Part shown: one piece after another, positions 26,304 to 39,659 of the stretch
How the letters are laid out: each line of letters begins with the position of its first letter
How positions within the stretch are numbered: the stretch's first letter is position 1
Assembly: GCA_964016885.1 (NCBI GenBank)
Contig: OZ024746.1
Coordinates: 43,586,001-43,650,000, forward strand
Source: Eledone cirrhosa
Taxonomy: Eukaryota
Reading direction: 5' to 3'
Length of the DNA: 64,000 nucleotides
The notes under the pieces: model-generated
What the model saw: the letters and a program-made list of their open reading frames with translations, nothing else
Database searches by the model: none
Told to the model about the DNA's origin: nothing
Program-made: the position numbers and the translations under genes

Positions 26304-26497
26304 AGCGGTGGATTGGTAGTATCGGTGGAGGGTCTGATGCAATGCTTTGCAGTATAGCATTACATCCCTTTACAGTCTGAATTCAAATCCTGCTGAGGTT
26401 AACTATGTCTTTCATCCTTACGGGGTCAATAAAAAAAAAGCACCAGTAATGCACTGGGATAATTGGTGATTTTGTGCCAAGAGTAGAAACACTTATT
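26304..26497 (+). mobile_element. tRNA-derived SINE with Meta-like central domain
   Basis: A-box-like TGGTAGTATCGG, B-box-like GAATTCAAATCC and core CTTTCATCCTTACGGGGTCAATAAAA; same family as 30186, 40529 and 45542. Confidence 0.85.
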
Positions 26498-26731
26498 TGT
26501 AAATAGTCATTAAGACTATTGAATTGTCCTTTGTCCATTTGTTACTGTCGTTCTCCACTAGAGCTTGTTATATTGAACTTAAAGCAACAAAACAACAATT
26601 CTCTAGCAGTTGTATGTATTCATTCATTTTCCTGTCTTTGTCCATATTTTGTATTCATACACACACATCATCATCATCTTCGTTTAACGTCCATCTTCCA
26701 CGCTAACATGTATATATGTATATACATGCTA

Positions 26732-26772
<41 letters not shown>

Positions 26773-26834
26773 TTGTGTTTACCAATAATATAACAATAAT
26801 AATAATGACACAGCTATCAGTAGATATGTGAGAT

Positions 26835-26868
26835 ACTAGTGTTTCATGATTCTTTAATCCATCATCAG
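26835..26868 (-). ncRNA. Minimal hammerhead core; stem I doubtful
   Basis: Minus strand reads CTGATGA-TGGATT-AAAG-AATCAT-GAAAC-ACTA-GTA, with palindromic ACTAGT in loop 3. The flanks adjacent to the core do not pair. Confidence 0.5.
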
Positions 26869-27224
26869 TGAGGTTTACTCACTTGGTGTTGACATAATTG
26901 TAGATTAAAACAAAGCATTCATAATGATACTGATATGATTCTTATACACGAACATATTGTATAAGCCTTTATACACAGCTATATTAAGAATCACTCTATG
27001 TTAGTTCTGTTGATAGTTAATCCCAGTCAAGTCAAGTTTTGTCCTATTTGAAATCTGTTCTGGCTACAAGATATTGTATGAAACACACAAAGGAAGGAAT
27101 GACAACAACAATAGTGATTATCATAAAATAAAAAAAGATAAAACTCAAATTAAAAATAGATTTTCCAGATTTCTAATTTCCACATTGCCATTAGATCCCA
27201 CCACCACAAAAAACTGTAATAGGA

Positions 27225-27375
27225 CAAACAGAAGAAGATAAATTCACAAAACTGGTTAAGAAGCTCTAGACTAAAAACAAAGACATGGATTTCTAATTTT
27301 AGTACAAGAACAATGTCTCATGGAGAAAGAAACAATTAACCACATTGTCTCTGACTGCCCAGTTTATAGTGTTGG
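27225..27375 (+). mobile_element. R4/Dong-like non-LTR retrotransposon fragment
   Basis: WLRSSRLKT..GFLILVQEQ..EKETINHIVSDCPV corresponds to the R4-type WLRSSGLKAETEGFIxAAQDQ...ETIDHIVSGCP zinc-knuckle region. Confidence 0.65.
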
Positions 27376-28644
27376 GATTTACATACACAGGGAGCTACTG
27401 ACCTCTCAAATGGGCTGGGGGTCTATATCTTACTTGCATGCTCCCAAGTGCAATTTATCATGGTACCAGCACTAGTGATGTTTAGTATTGGTAACTGTAA
27501 AATTAATTGCACTTGTTAAATCAATATTAAATAATTAACTATTAATTCAAAATTCACTTTCAATTCTTACTTTGCTAGCAATATGTTTAAATGATACTAT
27601 TATTTATTGTCTCATCTATATGATGTAATTTTCAAAGACTCCTGCAACTGTTTTATAAAATTTGAAGGATTTTTTCTATAGATTTGTATTTCATTTTGTC
27701 TCTTCACTAACAATTTGAAACTTATTAAAAATTGGTCCTTAATACAGATGTTTTGCAATTCTCCTGCAAAGTTAACTCATTACTTGAATTCAATCCCTTT
27801 CAATAAATTTGCTATGTTATTATCACAAAGTGTTATATGTAAGTAATTCACTTTCATTTGTCTAATATGGACTGCCAACTATATTTAGGCTGCACTACTA
27901 ATATTGCACTTCTGAAATTATCAGGTTAATACCAAATATAATGAATTGGTTTTGTAGACAAATATTTTATTCAGTTTTATTCAGCATTATATCCATATGC
28001 TGACACATCCAGACATTAGTATCCATTAACTTTTCAATAGTGCAGCTGATACATTATCTTAAATCTGTATTTAAACATTCAAATATATATACATATTTTT
28101 AATCCTCCTATAGTATGCAGTTAGTTTAAAAAACAAAGAGCTATTTCTATTTCCTGGTACAGAAAGTAAAATTATATAATCAACTTCACTAGAGAACAAT
28201 ATTAATTATTTAGACTATCAAAAAACTTTGTGAATCTATGTGAAATTTGATGAATGAGAAATCAAAATTAATTTAGATGTAGGCAGAATGTCTCATTCTG
28301 AAAATAACATTGCATGTATTGTTCAAGAAATGAAATATATTATTTTAAATAGTAAAAAAAATGTTGAATCGATGTTATATTGTTTTATGTATTCAATCAC
28401 CATTGATGTCAATGCTGAATATTTGATGTTAAACAAAAATAAACATTTAATGTGACCTGATTTCATTTTCAAATATCTACTTATAAATCTTTCTATGATA
28501 AAGTCGTATCATGACATATATTATTTTCATTTTTTATATATTATTTTCATTTTTTTTATATTTGAAATAAATTCACAAATTGTATTAAAAATTTGAAATA
28601 TATTTCACTTGCAATAGTAAATTTAGATTTTTAGCTTATTTGAA

Positions 28645-29075
28645 TGCCCGAGTATTTGTGTTCAGATAGATGGTGCTAAATAGAAAACAAGTAAAGTGGG
28701 AGTTGGACTCCACCAAGGATGTATACTGTCACCTCCCCAATTCAGTATGAACAGGATTGACATGTGCCACCAGGCTGGAAGTGGTTTCATGCCTGACAGG
28801 TGTAAAATCAGTTGGCTGGAATTTCCAGACGCCATGGTGTTATTTAAATCAATAGAAGTTCAAGTAACTTTGGGCTGTGTTCATGAGTGATGGAAGCCAG
28901 GAGGTTGAATTAAGTGCATGAATTGCGAAAGCTGGTGTAGCAATGTGTCGGCTTCAGCATTCGGAAATCAGAAGAAGGGGGTAAACGTAAAAGCTGAACT
29001 TGCTATCTCCAATTCAGTATCTGTGCCAACCATTAGTTAAATATGATATGAAACTCATAATGGTATTATACATCA
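28645..29075 (+). mobile_element. Old RTE (Expander/Rex3-like) RT fossil
   Basis: Reads CVQIDG..KVGVGLHQGCILSP..MNRID..KISWLEFPDAMVL, then KAELAISNSVSVPTI. Confidence 0.7.
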
Positions 29076-30185
29076 TTACAAGCCTCAATTTGCGACAGGA
29101 GATACAACAGGATAACTGACATGACTTAAACCACCTATTTGTTTTCTTGTTGAGCAACCAAATTAGCAGGTACATTATAAAGCAATTGCTATGCACTATT
29201 ATTAAATTATGTACTATAAATGTTTTATTTGCAGACATTTTTACTGTATTGCATCTCAACAGGTATTTCATCAGTCACTTGGTGCAGCACAACATATTGA
29301 ACTGTGCAACTTCGATCCAGAATTAATCCGAAGGATATGAACAAATTATGTATCCTGCTAATGTTATATTATTCATATTTTTTGTGTACAACTAAAGTAT
29401 TTCTAGAGTTAAAATAGTAAAAACAAATTTAGTAGCTAATTTGAGAAAAGAAAATGGCAGGTATTCTGTAGTATAATCAGTAACATGATGCCTAGAAAGC
29501 TTTAAATTTACCTTGTTAATGTGTAAATGTGTAAATGTGTCTTCTTTATTGATTATAAAGTTTAATGTCATTTGTATTAAAATTTTAGCTGTTAATATAT
29601 ATGTTGTGAAGTGTCTAAGTATCTATTAAGAACTTTTGCAAAGATAATTTTTTAAATACTATATTACTTCATCAAAACATCTGTTAAGGGTCGGTAGATC
29701 TTAAATATCTATTCTGTTATTTATCACCAATCAGTTTCACTTTGGTAAATAATGCAATTATTTCAGTAATCCATTTCAGAATTTAAACTGCTACCTACAA
29801 CACATATCTTAGATTTAGTGAACCTAGTATATTTCTGCCACATATTTTCTTAAGCAATTCAGAGAAAAACAAAGAAGAATCTAGAATTTTTAGAAATTAA
29901 ATAATAACTTAATTTAATGAAAGAATCTTATGATTATTCTAGATAAGTTCTAATTGCATAATTAATGCCAATTAAAGTAAAATTTAATTACCTGTATTTA
30001 ACTGTACTTTGTAACTGCATATTATCAAACAACCACATTTACATTACACAAACTAATCTTTGTCATGGCTAGAAAATACTTCAACTCTTAACAGTTGCTG
30101 AGTTCTAGTTTAATCCACAAGAGAACTGCTTTGTTATAGACATCAACATTTCAAAGACTCCTGCAACTGTTTAATTGTATTCAAA

Positions 30186-30375
30186 TGAGAGTTGGCAGTA
30201 TTGGTAGAGGGTCGGATGCCATGCATTGACGCATAGAGTTACGGCCCTTGCCATTCTGAGTTCAAATCCCGCCGAGGTTAACTTTGTCTTTCATCCTTAC
30301 GGGGTCAATAAAATAAAGTACCAGTAATGCACTGGGATAATTGCTGGCCTTGTGCCAAAAGTAGAAACAATTATC
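30186..30375 (+). mobile_element. tRNA-derived SINE
   Basis: Full family pattern TGGCAGTATTGG..GAGTTCAAATCC..CTTTCATCCTTACGGGGTC..GGCCTTGTGCC..GTAGAAACAATTAT. Confidence 0.9.
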
Positions 30376-31315
30376 AGTAAAAACCACGGTATCCTTTATT
30401 TATTAGAACACTCTTTTAATACTCTGCTGCAATTGTAATCAGTGGTATCATAATATTGAGAAAAACAGAAAGTTATCTTAAACATCTTACCTCAAATCTA
30501 GAGATATTTAACTGGCAACTGCATCAAGATCTTTTCTCTATTTAAAGTGATATTGTCTAATGAACATTTAATACCACATTTGCTTAGTACAATGCTATTT
30601 TTTTAATTATGATCTAAGATTTCTTTCATAGTAACATTTTCAAATTCACTGGATGGAATTGTACCAACAAATAAAATGTAAGTAGCAAAAAAAGAATAAT
30701 CAAAATTATCGACAGTTCTGAATGAATTTAAATATCAGCCTTGTTCTTTTATTACTAGACCAATGACTGTCAGAACATATCAGTATTATAAAGTTGAGAA
30801 TAATTTGTTTTTATATATGATGTTCATATCTTCATTAGTAAAATATTCAATATTCCTATGGTTATAAGACTTCATGTCTTATTGGCTCAGTTCGGTATAA
30901 TAATTTTTCAACAAAAATATAATACATGATTTCAATATTTTATTCAAGCCATTATCTATTATATGTGTCACCTATTTAAGAAGCTATTTTTTTTTTTACT
31001 CAAAATTATCTATGGCATTATACATATTGTAAATTTTGTATGAGAAAATATAACTTCTATTTAAGTTTCTGAGATATTAAGTTGTTGAATATATTTAGAA
31101 ATGTAATTAGTTCTATGTTGCAATGAATATCATTCAAAATTAGTTATTTAAGTATCATTTGCATTTGGAAATATTAAAAGTGTGGTTCTTGCTGTTAGTT
31201 ACAAAGACAATTATAACGTATAATTAAAATGAAGACCCCCACACCTACTTCCACCACAGGAGTCAAAATATAGAAATATTAGAAACAATATCTACCCTGT
31301 ATATATTCTTAGAAA

Positions 31316-31430
31316 TAATAATTGTTTCTACTTTTTGGCACAAGGCCAGCAATTATCCCAGTGCATTACTGGTACTTTATTTTATCGACCCCGTAAGGAT
31401 GAAAGGCAAAGTCAACCTCGGCGGGATTGC
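31316..31430 (-). mobile_element. tRNA-derived SINE, 5'-truncated
   Basis: Reverse complement of the 3' two-thirds of the same SINE. Confidence 0.88.
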
Positions 31431-33894
31431 ATTTCAGCACTACCAAATGTTGCAATATTTGGGGACAATAAGAATGTTCATAGGTAAAAGAAATATTTAG
31501 ACAAATTATTAAGGTTAGCTGTAGAAATAGCAAGACTTTGAAATGATTAGTATTAGTTGTATAGTGTGATATAGGAACATGAAATGCATATCATTATTGT
31601 CTGAGAAGACATCATTGACAACAATTTTAAAAAGGGTATGATAATTGATCTCTGAAATATTGTATGTTTCTCTGAAATATTGTATTATCAACATATTCAC
31701 CTGGGTGGAATTATAAGGAAGCATCAGATTTACATAAAAGATGTGTTTGGTCAAGACCTTAAAAATAAAGCTTATGAGGTTTTCTTTCTTAAATGTTTTG
31801 CTGCTATTGATAGGAAAATAATTGATTTTATTTAATTTACTTAGAATAAGTATTGATGTATAATAGAGAGAAAATATCACTATAAAGATTCTGTATAAAA
31901 AAAAAACATTAAAAAATGAACATTGTATTCTTCAATAATTTGTTTTCAATTATCTCCATAATGCTGGTGGGGAGGTGTAATTATTCCCTACAAACGTTCA
32001 ATATAAGTAGGTAAGTAGTGAATGAAAAAGGAGGTGCAAGGAGGGTGAATGTGTATAGTTTAATGAGACGTATTGGTTTAAGCATAATAGAAGTTTATCA
32101 GATTTTTTTATATAGAATGGGGAATTTGGTACATGTACTGCCTGCAGAGGTTAAGAGAAATAAATATGTCAAAAATGGAAATGAGTCAGAATTGTAGTGA
32201 ATAAGGTTGATTCAAATCTGGATAATATATACTGTTGTTGGCAAAGATGTAACTGATAAATAAGTTGTTTAACAGAACATGGGATGAGTTAACATTTACT
32301 AGAAATGCATACGAGAGGGAATCAAGAAGTATATAACTGTTTGAAATGAGGAAAACTCATTACATTGGCACTAAACCAAACTGTCTTCCACATATATTCC
32401 AAATAGTTTTCATGTACTCTCACCTAGCAACTTCTAGGCTTTAAACTCAAATTATCTGCACCTCAATATTTATTATTCTCTGTTGAAACTTTTTATGGGG
32501 GATAGTAAGAAATGCATAAAGAAGGGGTATGTTTATTATGGTTTAAGTGCTTTCATAGGATCAGTACAAATTTTACATTTTTCACTAAGTGTAAGTGTCT
32601 GCATTTGAATCTTTGTTTGCTTTGAAATATAATTTCTAATTTATATTAGCATGCAATTTATAATAGTGATTTCTCATAATAATAAAATGAAAACATCATA
32701 GTTGTTATTATTGATAACATGGGACTTTAGATCTTTAGTTTTATGCTCTCATAAAGTTATTTTAGATGTTTTAATTTTTATTTTATAACATTAATTTCTT
32801 ATTGAATATAAGGCAATGATTTTAAAGACGAAATGTGTTTATAGGAGAAAGGATAAAAGGCAAATTAAATTTGATTATGTTTGAATGGATGAAAAGTATG
32901 CAACAGGTTTAACCAGAAATTCTGCTGCTTCTAACATTTCAAACCATTCATAGAACTAATACTACTGAAATACAAAATTGAATGAGTATTAGTTAAAAAT
33001 CTTTATAACAACATTTGTATAAATGATAGAAGTAAAGTTAGCTGGGCATGTTGAATATATTCCATAGTAATATATTATAATAATGAAAACCACTTGTTGC
33101 CAGAGCAATTGAGATATGTGATATTCATAAGAAATGTCATACTACTATGATAATATATATGTTTGATAACAATATTATGTAGGGTATTGAATATGGGATT
33201 TTATTTCATTTATAGGAAAGAGATTAAAGCACTCTATCAAAATAGAAATATTGGCTTTGGTCTAATATAATAATAAATCAGTTACCCAAAAGGGAGAATT
33301 TGATTTAATGTTTAAAGTTGCAAATTTTAGAAAAATTCCCCATGGGTATGTTAATGAACACTTCATTTAAGAGCATGATTTTAGATTGAAATGATATAAA
33401 GAATGATTTTACCCAGAAACTATTACACAGAAAAATACATTAATCTTTTATTAAAGCATGAAACAGCATTTCACATTTTATAACTCATTGGAGTTTTAAA
33501 AAAAAAAATGAATTATTGAGTTCAATTTGTGTTCATTACTGACATTAGTAATTCTTTTCATCAATGTACTAATTATGAAAAGAATTGGGTTTATCTCCAA
33601 TACTCTTAAGAAATCTAATTTCTGTACTTTTTATGCCTTTTACTACCAAATGATGTCTGCTATCTCTAATTTACATAGAACTACCATGATTTTCAACTCT
33701 GTATTTTGATTATGTATACTACTGAAATACAACTCGTGTTAGTTAATCTCATTACTTTTGCTTGGGAATTGAAATCTAACTATAGAAAAATTTGTTATTT
33801 CAATGAAAATAAGTACTCTGTCCGATTTTCATTTGAAGCTTTCAAGTTCAAACATCCTATCTATACATAGAAATTAACCTTCTTACAAACTACA

Positions 33895-34320
33895 CACAAA
33901 GCACATGTGCATATGATTTGATTTGGATGTGAAGGATGTGCAAGACCTGAAAAGAAATTATGCGAGCATGTTCCATTGGATGTGTAATGTTAGTGTGCAT
34001 GAATGCTGAGGGATAAATGAGCTGAGAGAAAAAAATGTCTATAAGAAGAATTAGCTGTTGTGTGCAAGAGAGATGATTGCATTGGTATAGGCATGTGATG
34101 CATATGTAAAATGGCATTTGGGTAAGAAGTGTCCAGCAGTCAAAGGGGAAAGAAACTCCACAAAAAGAAGACCAATGAAGAAGTGATGAATGCTGATCTG
34201 AATACGCTGAACTTGACAAAAGATATTTTTAGAGACTACAATAAGTGGTTAGATGCTGAGCTACAGAACATCCATATAACACACGCAAACATGGCTAGAA
34301 TGGACAAAAGATCAGAAGAT
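33895..34320 (+). mobile_element. Decayed RTE 3' fragment
   Basis: Homologous to the RRLERNEASMLRWMC...QERRLRWYGHVMRM...VKKCQ coding region. Confidence 0.75.
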
Positions 34321-35463
34321 ATTTTTAATAATACCATTAATAATTTAGAACTTATTGTATTTCCTTCAATGTAATAAATCCTCTGAAATCAGAATAACCC
34401 CAAAATAGAATTATTCTTAATATTTATATGAAATGAACACGGGCTTAATATAACCTCCAAAAAATCTCAAGTATAACAATTACAGTGAGTAATGAAGGTT
34501 TAAAAATTCATCGAGTTACAATGACGTAAAATTGCATTACAGTTAAATTTTATCTGAATTACACTCTTAAAATTAGTTATAATAAACAAATATAATTTGA
34601 ATAATATATCAGTTCTCTCTATATATTAATTTAATGTAAGGATGAAAGCAATATAACATTACAGAATATTAAACATTATCCTTATCAATATCATCTTTTT
34701 TTCTATGTTAGCATAAATTGAATGGGTTGTTACAGACTACGTTAGCACTCAATCAAAGCCACTGTCCTCATAGATAGACCAAAGGCTGCATCTCACTTAC
34801 ATGCATTCCTAAACTCTATAAAGTGTACTGAGTGCATTTAATCATGATACCATCACTAGGAAGGTTTATGTGTACTTAACACAACTGAACATTTCTCTTA
34901 ATTTTATGTTTGTAGATATCCTATAGCTGGGTATCCTTCTTCACAACCACTTTACAAGATATACTATGTGCATTTTTCATGGCACCAGCTCTAGGGAGGT
35001 TGTCAGTCCTTGACTCAATTGAAAAGTCATTTCTACCTGAGGCAAACCTTCTTAGAGAGAGGAAAGGATGGATTTAAGAATTATGAAAAGTATGATGTCG
35101 TGGATATATGACATATGTAGTGGGATTTAACAGACTGATGTGGTAGAGGGAAGTGGGGTTACAGTGATGATGAGAACAGTCACAGAGGCTAAGACAGGTG
35201 TATTTAATAGTGATGTGAGAGAGTAGGTAGTGATTATGAGAATGGTTACTAAATAGTGATGGTAGGTTTGGGGCATAAAATTGTCAGGCAACATCTGCAC
35301 AGAGGATGTGTAAAATAGTTTAGTAAGGGATCTAGGGGAGTAGTGGATAATCTAGCTAAATTCTAATTCTATTATATTATAAGTTGAGCCAAATTATACA
35401 TCTTCTTATGCAAATGAGATTAATCACCTCATTTACACAGACGAGAAAACTATATATTCTCAC

Positions 35464-35649
35464 CTGTTTTCAAAGTCCAGCAGTTGCAAGAATGGGAGAG
35501 ATCGTCCTGACAAGAACCAGTTCAGTTCGAAATGCATTGACGATTTTTCCCCTTGTTTTTGCTGGACACAGTTGGGTGGTATTAGCTACCAGTGTTTTTG
35601 CCTAGCTACGGCTTTCTAAATGTTTATTTATAAGCATACCATACTGCTT
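35464..35649 (-). other. Candidate spliced exon (186 nt), non-coding or stop-containing
   Basis: Acceptor TTTCTTATTTCAG and donor CAG|GTGAG bound a unique, higher-GC segment. All three frames contain stops. Confidence 0.4.
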
Positions 35650-35699
35650 CTGAAATAAGAAATTCAAATACATATATATATATATATATGTGTGTGCAG

Positions 35700-35902
35700 A
35701 AATGAATTGCAACATCTCTAGTGCCAAGCTGTATTGGCCTTTGCTTTTCCCTTAAATAACAATTGTGTTATGGTGAGGAGTGACTCATAAGCAAGGGAAA
35801 CTGTTGGTCTTCTACAAAAATACCTTATCCAAGCTTGTGACTCAGAGGGGATCTTTCTTGCTGCAAAACCTATGGTCATTCATGATTGAAGGGAGTCTTT
35901 GT
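35700..35902 (+). mobile_element. Decayed SINE-like 3' portion (second family)
   Basis: GC-richer island ending GGTCATTCATGATTGAAGGGAGTCTTT between microsatellites. Assignment is by recalled resemblance to cephalopod SINE tails only. Confidence 0.4.
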
Positions 35903-35915
35903 ATATAATATATTC

Positions 35916-35951
<36 letters not shown>

Positions 35952-36009
35952 ATACATTCACATGTATAAAGTAATATACACACAGAGCCTAAGGAAAGTG
36001 TAGGTGCCA

Positions 36010-36995
36010 AGCATTAAAAGACAATTCAACACCCCATCTTTTTGGTCATGAGACAACATTATATTTTCCACAATCCTCCACTCCTACCATTCTTTCATGT
36101 TGCTCAACCAATCCCATCACCATATTGTATTCTTCTGTTAAAAGGGTTGTGTCCGTCCATGGTTATATTCTTATGAAGCATCTTGTCTTGGTTTCATGTT
36201 ACAAAAACAAACCACTTTATTTTCTACCTTTTAACAATTGCCAGGAAAGTGATGTGTTTTGCAATATTAATTTCTTTCCTAAACATTCTCATGATTCACT
36301 ATCATAAACTGCTATTGAAAATACCATCGATCTTAAAACCAAATTTTTGCTTTTGTTGTAGTCATTTTATTTTTCAAAATATGGTCTTCTTTTTACAGGT
36401 ATTTTAGTCTAATCTTTGATTTTACATCTTCCATTATTATTCTTTGCAAACATTTATATTCATCAATTTTTTTGTGTGTCTTCCTAGTTATTTTATTTAA
36501 GATGACAAATTTCTTCTTTTTTGTTTCTACTATTATCAGTATTTTGTTTTATATTTGTAGTTATGTCAAGATATGTTAAAGCTTTAAATTCTTCCTTTTG
36601 TCTTATTAAATCAATATCATTGGCAAAATGGAGAATATAGAATTTCTAACTTCTACTTTAATATTTCCTTCAAAACACTTAAGAATTTTTCCCATGTGTA
36701 TATTAGTATTCTAGAAAGACATTGAAAAGGATTGGTTAAAGAGCACATCCTTATCTGACACTAACAATTGTTTTAAACCAGATGGTGAATTTCTAACCAA
36801 AAGAAACTTTTTGCCTATTTATATAATGACTTTATAACATTTACTATTGGTAGACTGATATTATATTTTCTCATAGGGTCCCATACCAAAGACAGTCAAA
36901 CGTTTGTTTCTTTTTTTTTTTATTTATTTCTGCTATAATTTTAACATTACAAAATTGATTAACAGTGTTTCTTGCTTTTTTACAAACTAGCCTAT
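36010..36995 (-). mobile_element. Old RTE LINE RT fossil
   Basis: Minus strand around 36700-36790 reads WFKTIVSVR*GCAL*PILFNVFLE; 36610-36640 resembles the LRFADD motif (LHFAND). Confidence 0.6.
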
Positions 36996-37039
36996 GTTAC
37001 ACACACACATATATATGTAAATATATTGTTGGGCAATCA

Positions 37040-37181
37040 TGCCAACGCGGTTGGAAGGGCATCCAGCAATAGAAACCAAGCCCAAATCAGTTAAATGACC
37101 TGGCTTGTCTCACAATGAGACAACTCGTCTAACTTATGCTATCATGGAAAATGGACATTAAACAGTAATGATGATGATGAT
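37040..37181 (+). mobile_element. SINE / RTE 3' tail
   Basis: GTTGGAAGGGCATCCAGC..AGAAAC..CATGGAAAATGGACATTAAA followed by (ATG)n. Confidence 0.7.
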
Positions 37182-37365
37182 ATATTATGTATATATAGAT
37201 ATATATTAGGATTAGTGTTCTGAAATAGCGATGTATACATGAATGTATGTATAGTATATTTGGTAGTATATCATATGTTTAATTAAAAACTTTTTGAAGA
37301 CCTTGCGCTATCATTTTAAAGTAGTGACTATGTCAGTTCTTTTATCAGCAAAGGAAGGGAGAGAA

Positions 37366-37408
37366 GCTGACACACATTCTGTTTCACACTGTTGGTGTTC
37401 CTCAGAGC
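37366..37408 (-). ncRNA. Type I hammerhead ribozyme, intact core
   Basis: GCT-CTGAGGA-ACAC-CAACA-GTGT-GAAAC-AGAATGTGT-GTC^-AGC; distal stem I GGGAG/CTCCC. Confidence 0.8.
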
Positions 37409-37654
37409 AACGTACTCCCCGACCTCTGCCGAAAATTATAGAGGCTGGATTCTTATAGAATTCCACTAACAATCAGGAACTGATTATACAGAGCGATTGC
37501 CGGTCCAGCAAAAATTAAAAATTAGGATTGGTGCTCTGAAATAGCGATGTATACATGAATGTATGTATAGTATATTTGGTAATATATCATAAATTACTGG
37601 AATTCTATAAGAATCCAGCTTCTATAATTTTCAGCAGAGGTCAGGGAGCACGTT

Positions 37655-37695
37655 GCTTTGAGGAACACCAACAGTGTGAAACAGAATCTGTCAGC
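37655..37695 (+). ncRNA. Type I hammerhead ribozyme with C3 changed to T (probably inactive)
   Basis: GCT-TTGAGGA-ACAC-CAACA-GTGT-GAAAC-AGAATCT-GTC^-AGC. Confidence 0.7.
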
Positions 37696-37839
37696 TTCTC
37701 TCCATTCCTTTGCCGAAAAAAGAAGTAAGTAACATAGTCACTACTTTAAAATGATAACGCAAGGTCTTCAAAATGTTTTTAATTAAACATACGGTATATT
37801 ACCAAATATACTATACATACATTCATATATATATATATA

Positions 37840-38062
37840 GTAATAATAATAAATTTGAAGATTAAAATCCAAAGAGGGCTTGATAAGGATAAATATATAT
37901 CAAATATATAAGAACCGTAGAGCAAATATTTATTAAAATAACAGATTGACGTTTAAGCAAAGAATCGCTGCTTTCACCCTTAACGGCATCTTCAGAAGAT
38001 CCCGTTAAGGGTGAAAGCAGCGATTCTTTGCTTAAACTTTAATCTGTTATTTTAATAAATAT
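37840..38062. mobile_element. Fold-back element with hammerhead-like variant core
   Basis: 68-bp inverted arms at 37926-37993 / 37995-38062, centred on ATCTTC-A-GAAGAT. C(T/A)GAAGA-TCCC-GTTAA-GGGT-GAAA. Same family as 48577-48890; flanked by (TA)n. Confidence 0.75.
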
Positions 38063-38071
38063 ATATATATA

Positions 38072-39606
38072 AAAGTAAGCCACTCTACTTGGCATTCGTC
38101 GATCTGGAAAAAGCCTTCGACAGAGTCCTCTGTGTTATAATCTGGTGGGCTCTTAGAAAATTAGGAGTAGATGAATGGCTTGTGAAAGCTGTACAAGCCA
38201 GTAAAGTTAGGATTAGCAATGGGTATAGCGAGGAATTTAGCATACAGGTCGGTGTCCACCAGGGCTCTGTTCTTAGCCCTCTCCTGTTCATTATAGTTTT
38301 GCAGGCAATAACGGAGGAGTTTAAGACTGGATACCCATGGGAACTCCTGTATGTGGATGATCTCGCACTTATAGCTGAATCCATGGTGGAACTAGAGAAG
38401 AAATTCCAAACATGGAAGCAGGGACTAGAAAGAAAGGGTCTCAAATTCAACCTAACAGAGACTAAGGTTCTTGTAAGTAGACGAGAAAACAGAACCCAGA
38501 TTCCCTCAGGGAAATGGCATTGCTCAGTATGTAGGAAAGATGTAGGTAGGAACTCCATCCTCTGCTCCAAATGCAAACAATGGGTACACAAGAGATGTAG
38601 TGGGATCTCAGTAAGTTTAACTAAGAATGTAGGCTTCATATGTAGCAGCTGTGCTGGGACAGCAAGCAGCAAACGACCACAGGAAACAAGCACCACCAAA
38701 CTCTGGGAGGGCTCTGTAGAAACAGTACACAGCTTCTGCTACCTAGGTGACCAAATTAGCAGTGGAGGTGGGTGTTCGGAAAGTACTATAACTAGGGTAA
38801 GAACGGGATGGAAGAAGTTCAGGGAGCTACTGCCACTGCTGGCTGCAAAAGGCTTTTCCCTCAAAATGAAAGGCAGACTGTATGATGCATGTATATGAAC
38901 ACCAATGTTACATGGAAGTGAAACCTGGGCGCTGTCTGTAGAAGACTTGTGCATATTAGAAAGAAACAAACCCTGCATTCTCCGATGGATGTGTAATAGT
39001 AATATATGCGAACGGCAAAGTATAAACAAATTGAGATGAAGACTGAGTATCAGAGGAATCAAATGATGTGTGCAGGAGAGGAGGTTATGTTGGTATGGAC
39101 ATGTGATGCGTATCACGGATGACTGCTGCATAAAAAGGTGCAGAGCAGTAGAAGTCAATGGAAGCCACAGAGTGGGGAGACCCAAGAAGACCTGGGATGA
39201 GGTGATAAAGGTCAACCTTACCCAATTACACAATGACACACGACCGTGACCTCTGGCATCACACAGTAATACAGAAGACCCAACCTCCCACAGGAACAAG
39301 CCAAAGCTGAACCATATAGACAATATGCCCCCACATCCTCCCGCAGCAAAGAGGTCATGCAGGTGCCATGGCAAAAAAGTACCCAGCCCACACGGTAAAG
39401 TGGACGTGTAGGCGCCACGGAAAAAAAGCACCCAGCACTCACTGTAAATGAGGTTGTTGTTAGGAAGGGCATCCATCTGTAGAAATCAAGCCAGAATCAG
39501 TTACTATATGAGCAAGACAAGGTCAGCCGACTGGACACTGCCCACAACAGGACAGCCCGTCTAACCCATGCTAGCGTGGAAGAACGGGCATAAAACGATG
39601 ATGATG

Positions 39607-39609
<3 letters not shown>
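38072..39609 (+). mobile_element. 5'-truncated RTE LINE (B-related), disrupted ORF2 and long 3'UTR
   Basis: 269-aa frame with AFVDLEKAFDRV, YVDD and the PHD finger; later stops; (ATG)n tail; (TA)n on both sides. Confidence 0.93.

Positions 39610-39659
<50 letters not shown>

Larger units (their letters stand above)
37205..37826. mobile_element. Retrozyme / Penelope pLTR-like element: 316-nt monomer with 71-nt terminal redundancy plus an inverted copy of about 228 nt
   Basis: Direct repeat at 37205-37275 / 37521-37591; inverted arms at 37239-37465 / 37598-37826; an HHR in each arm; TA-rich flanks. Confidence 0.85.
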
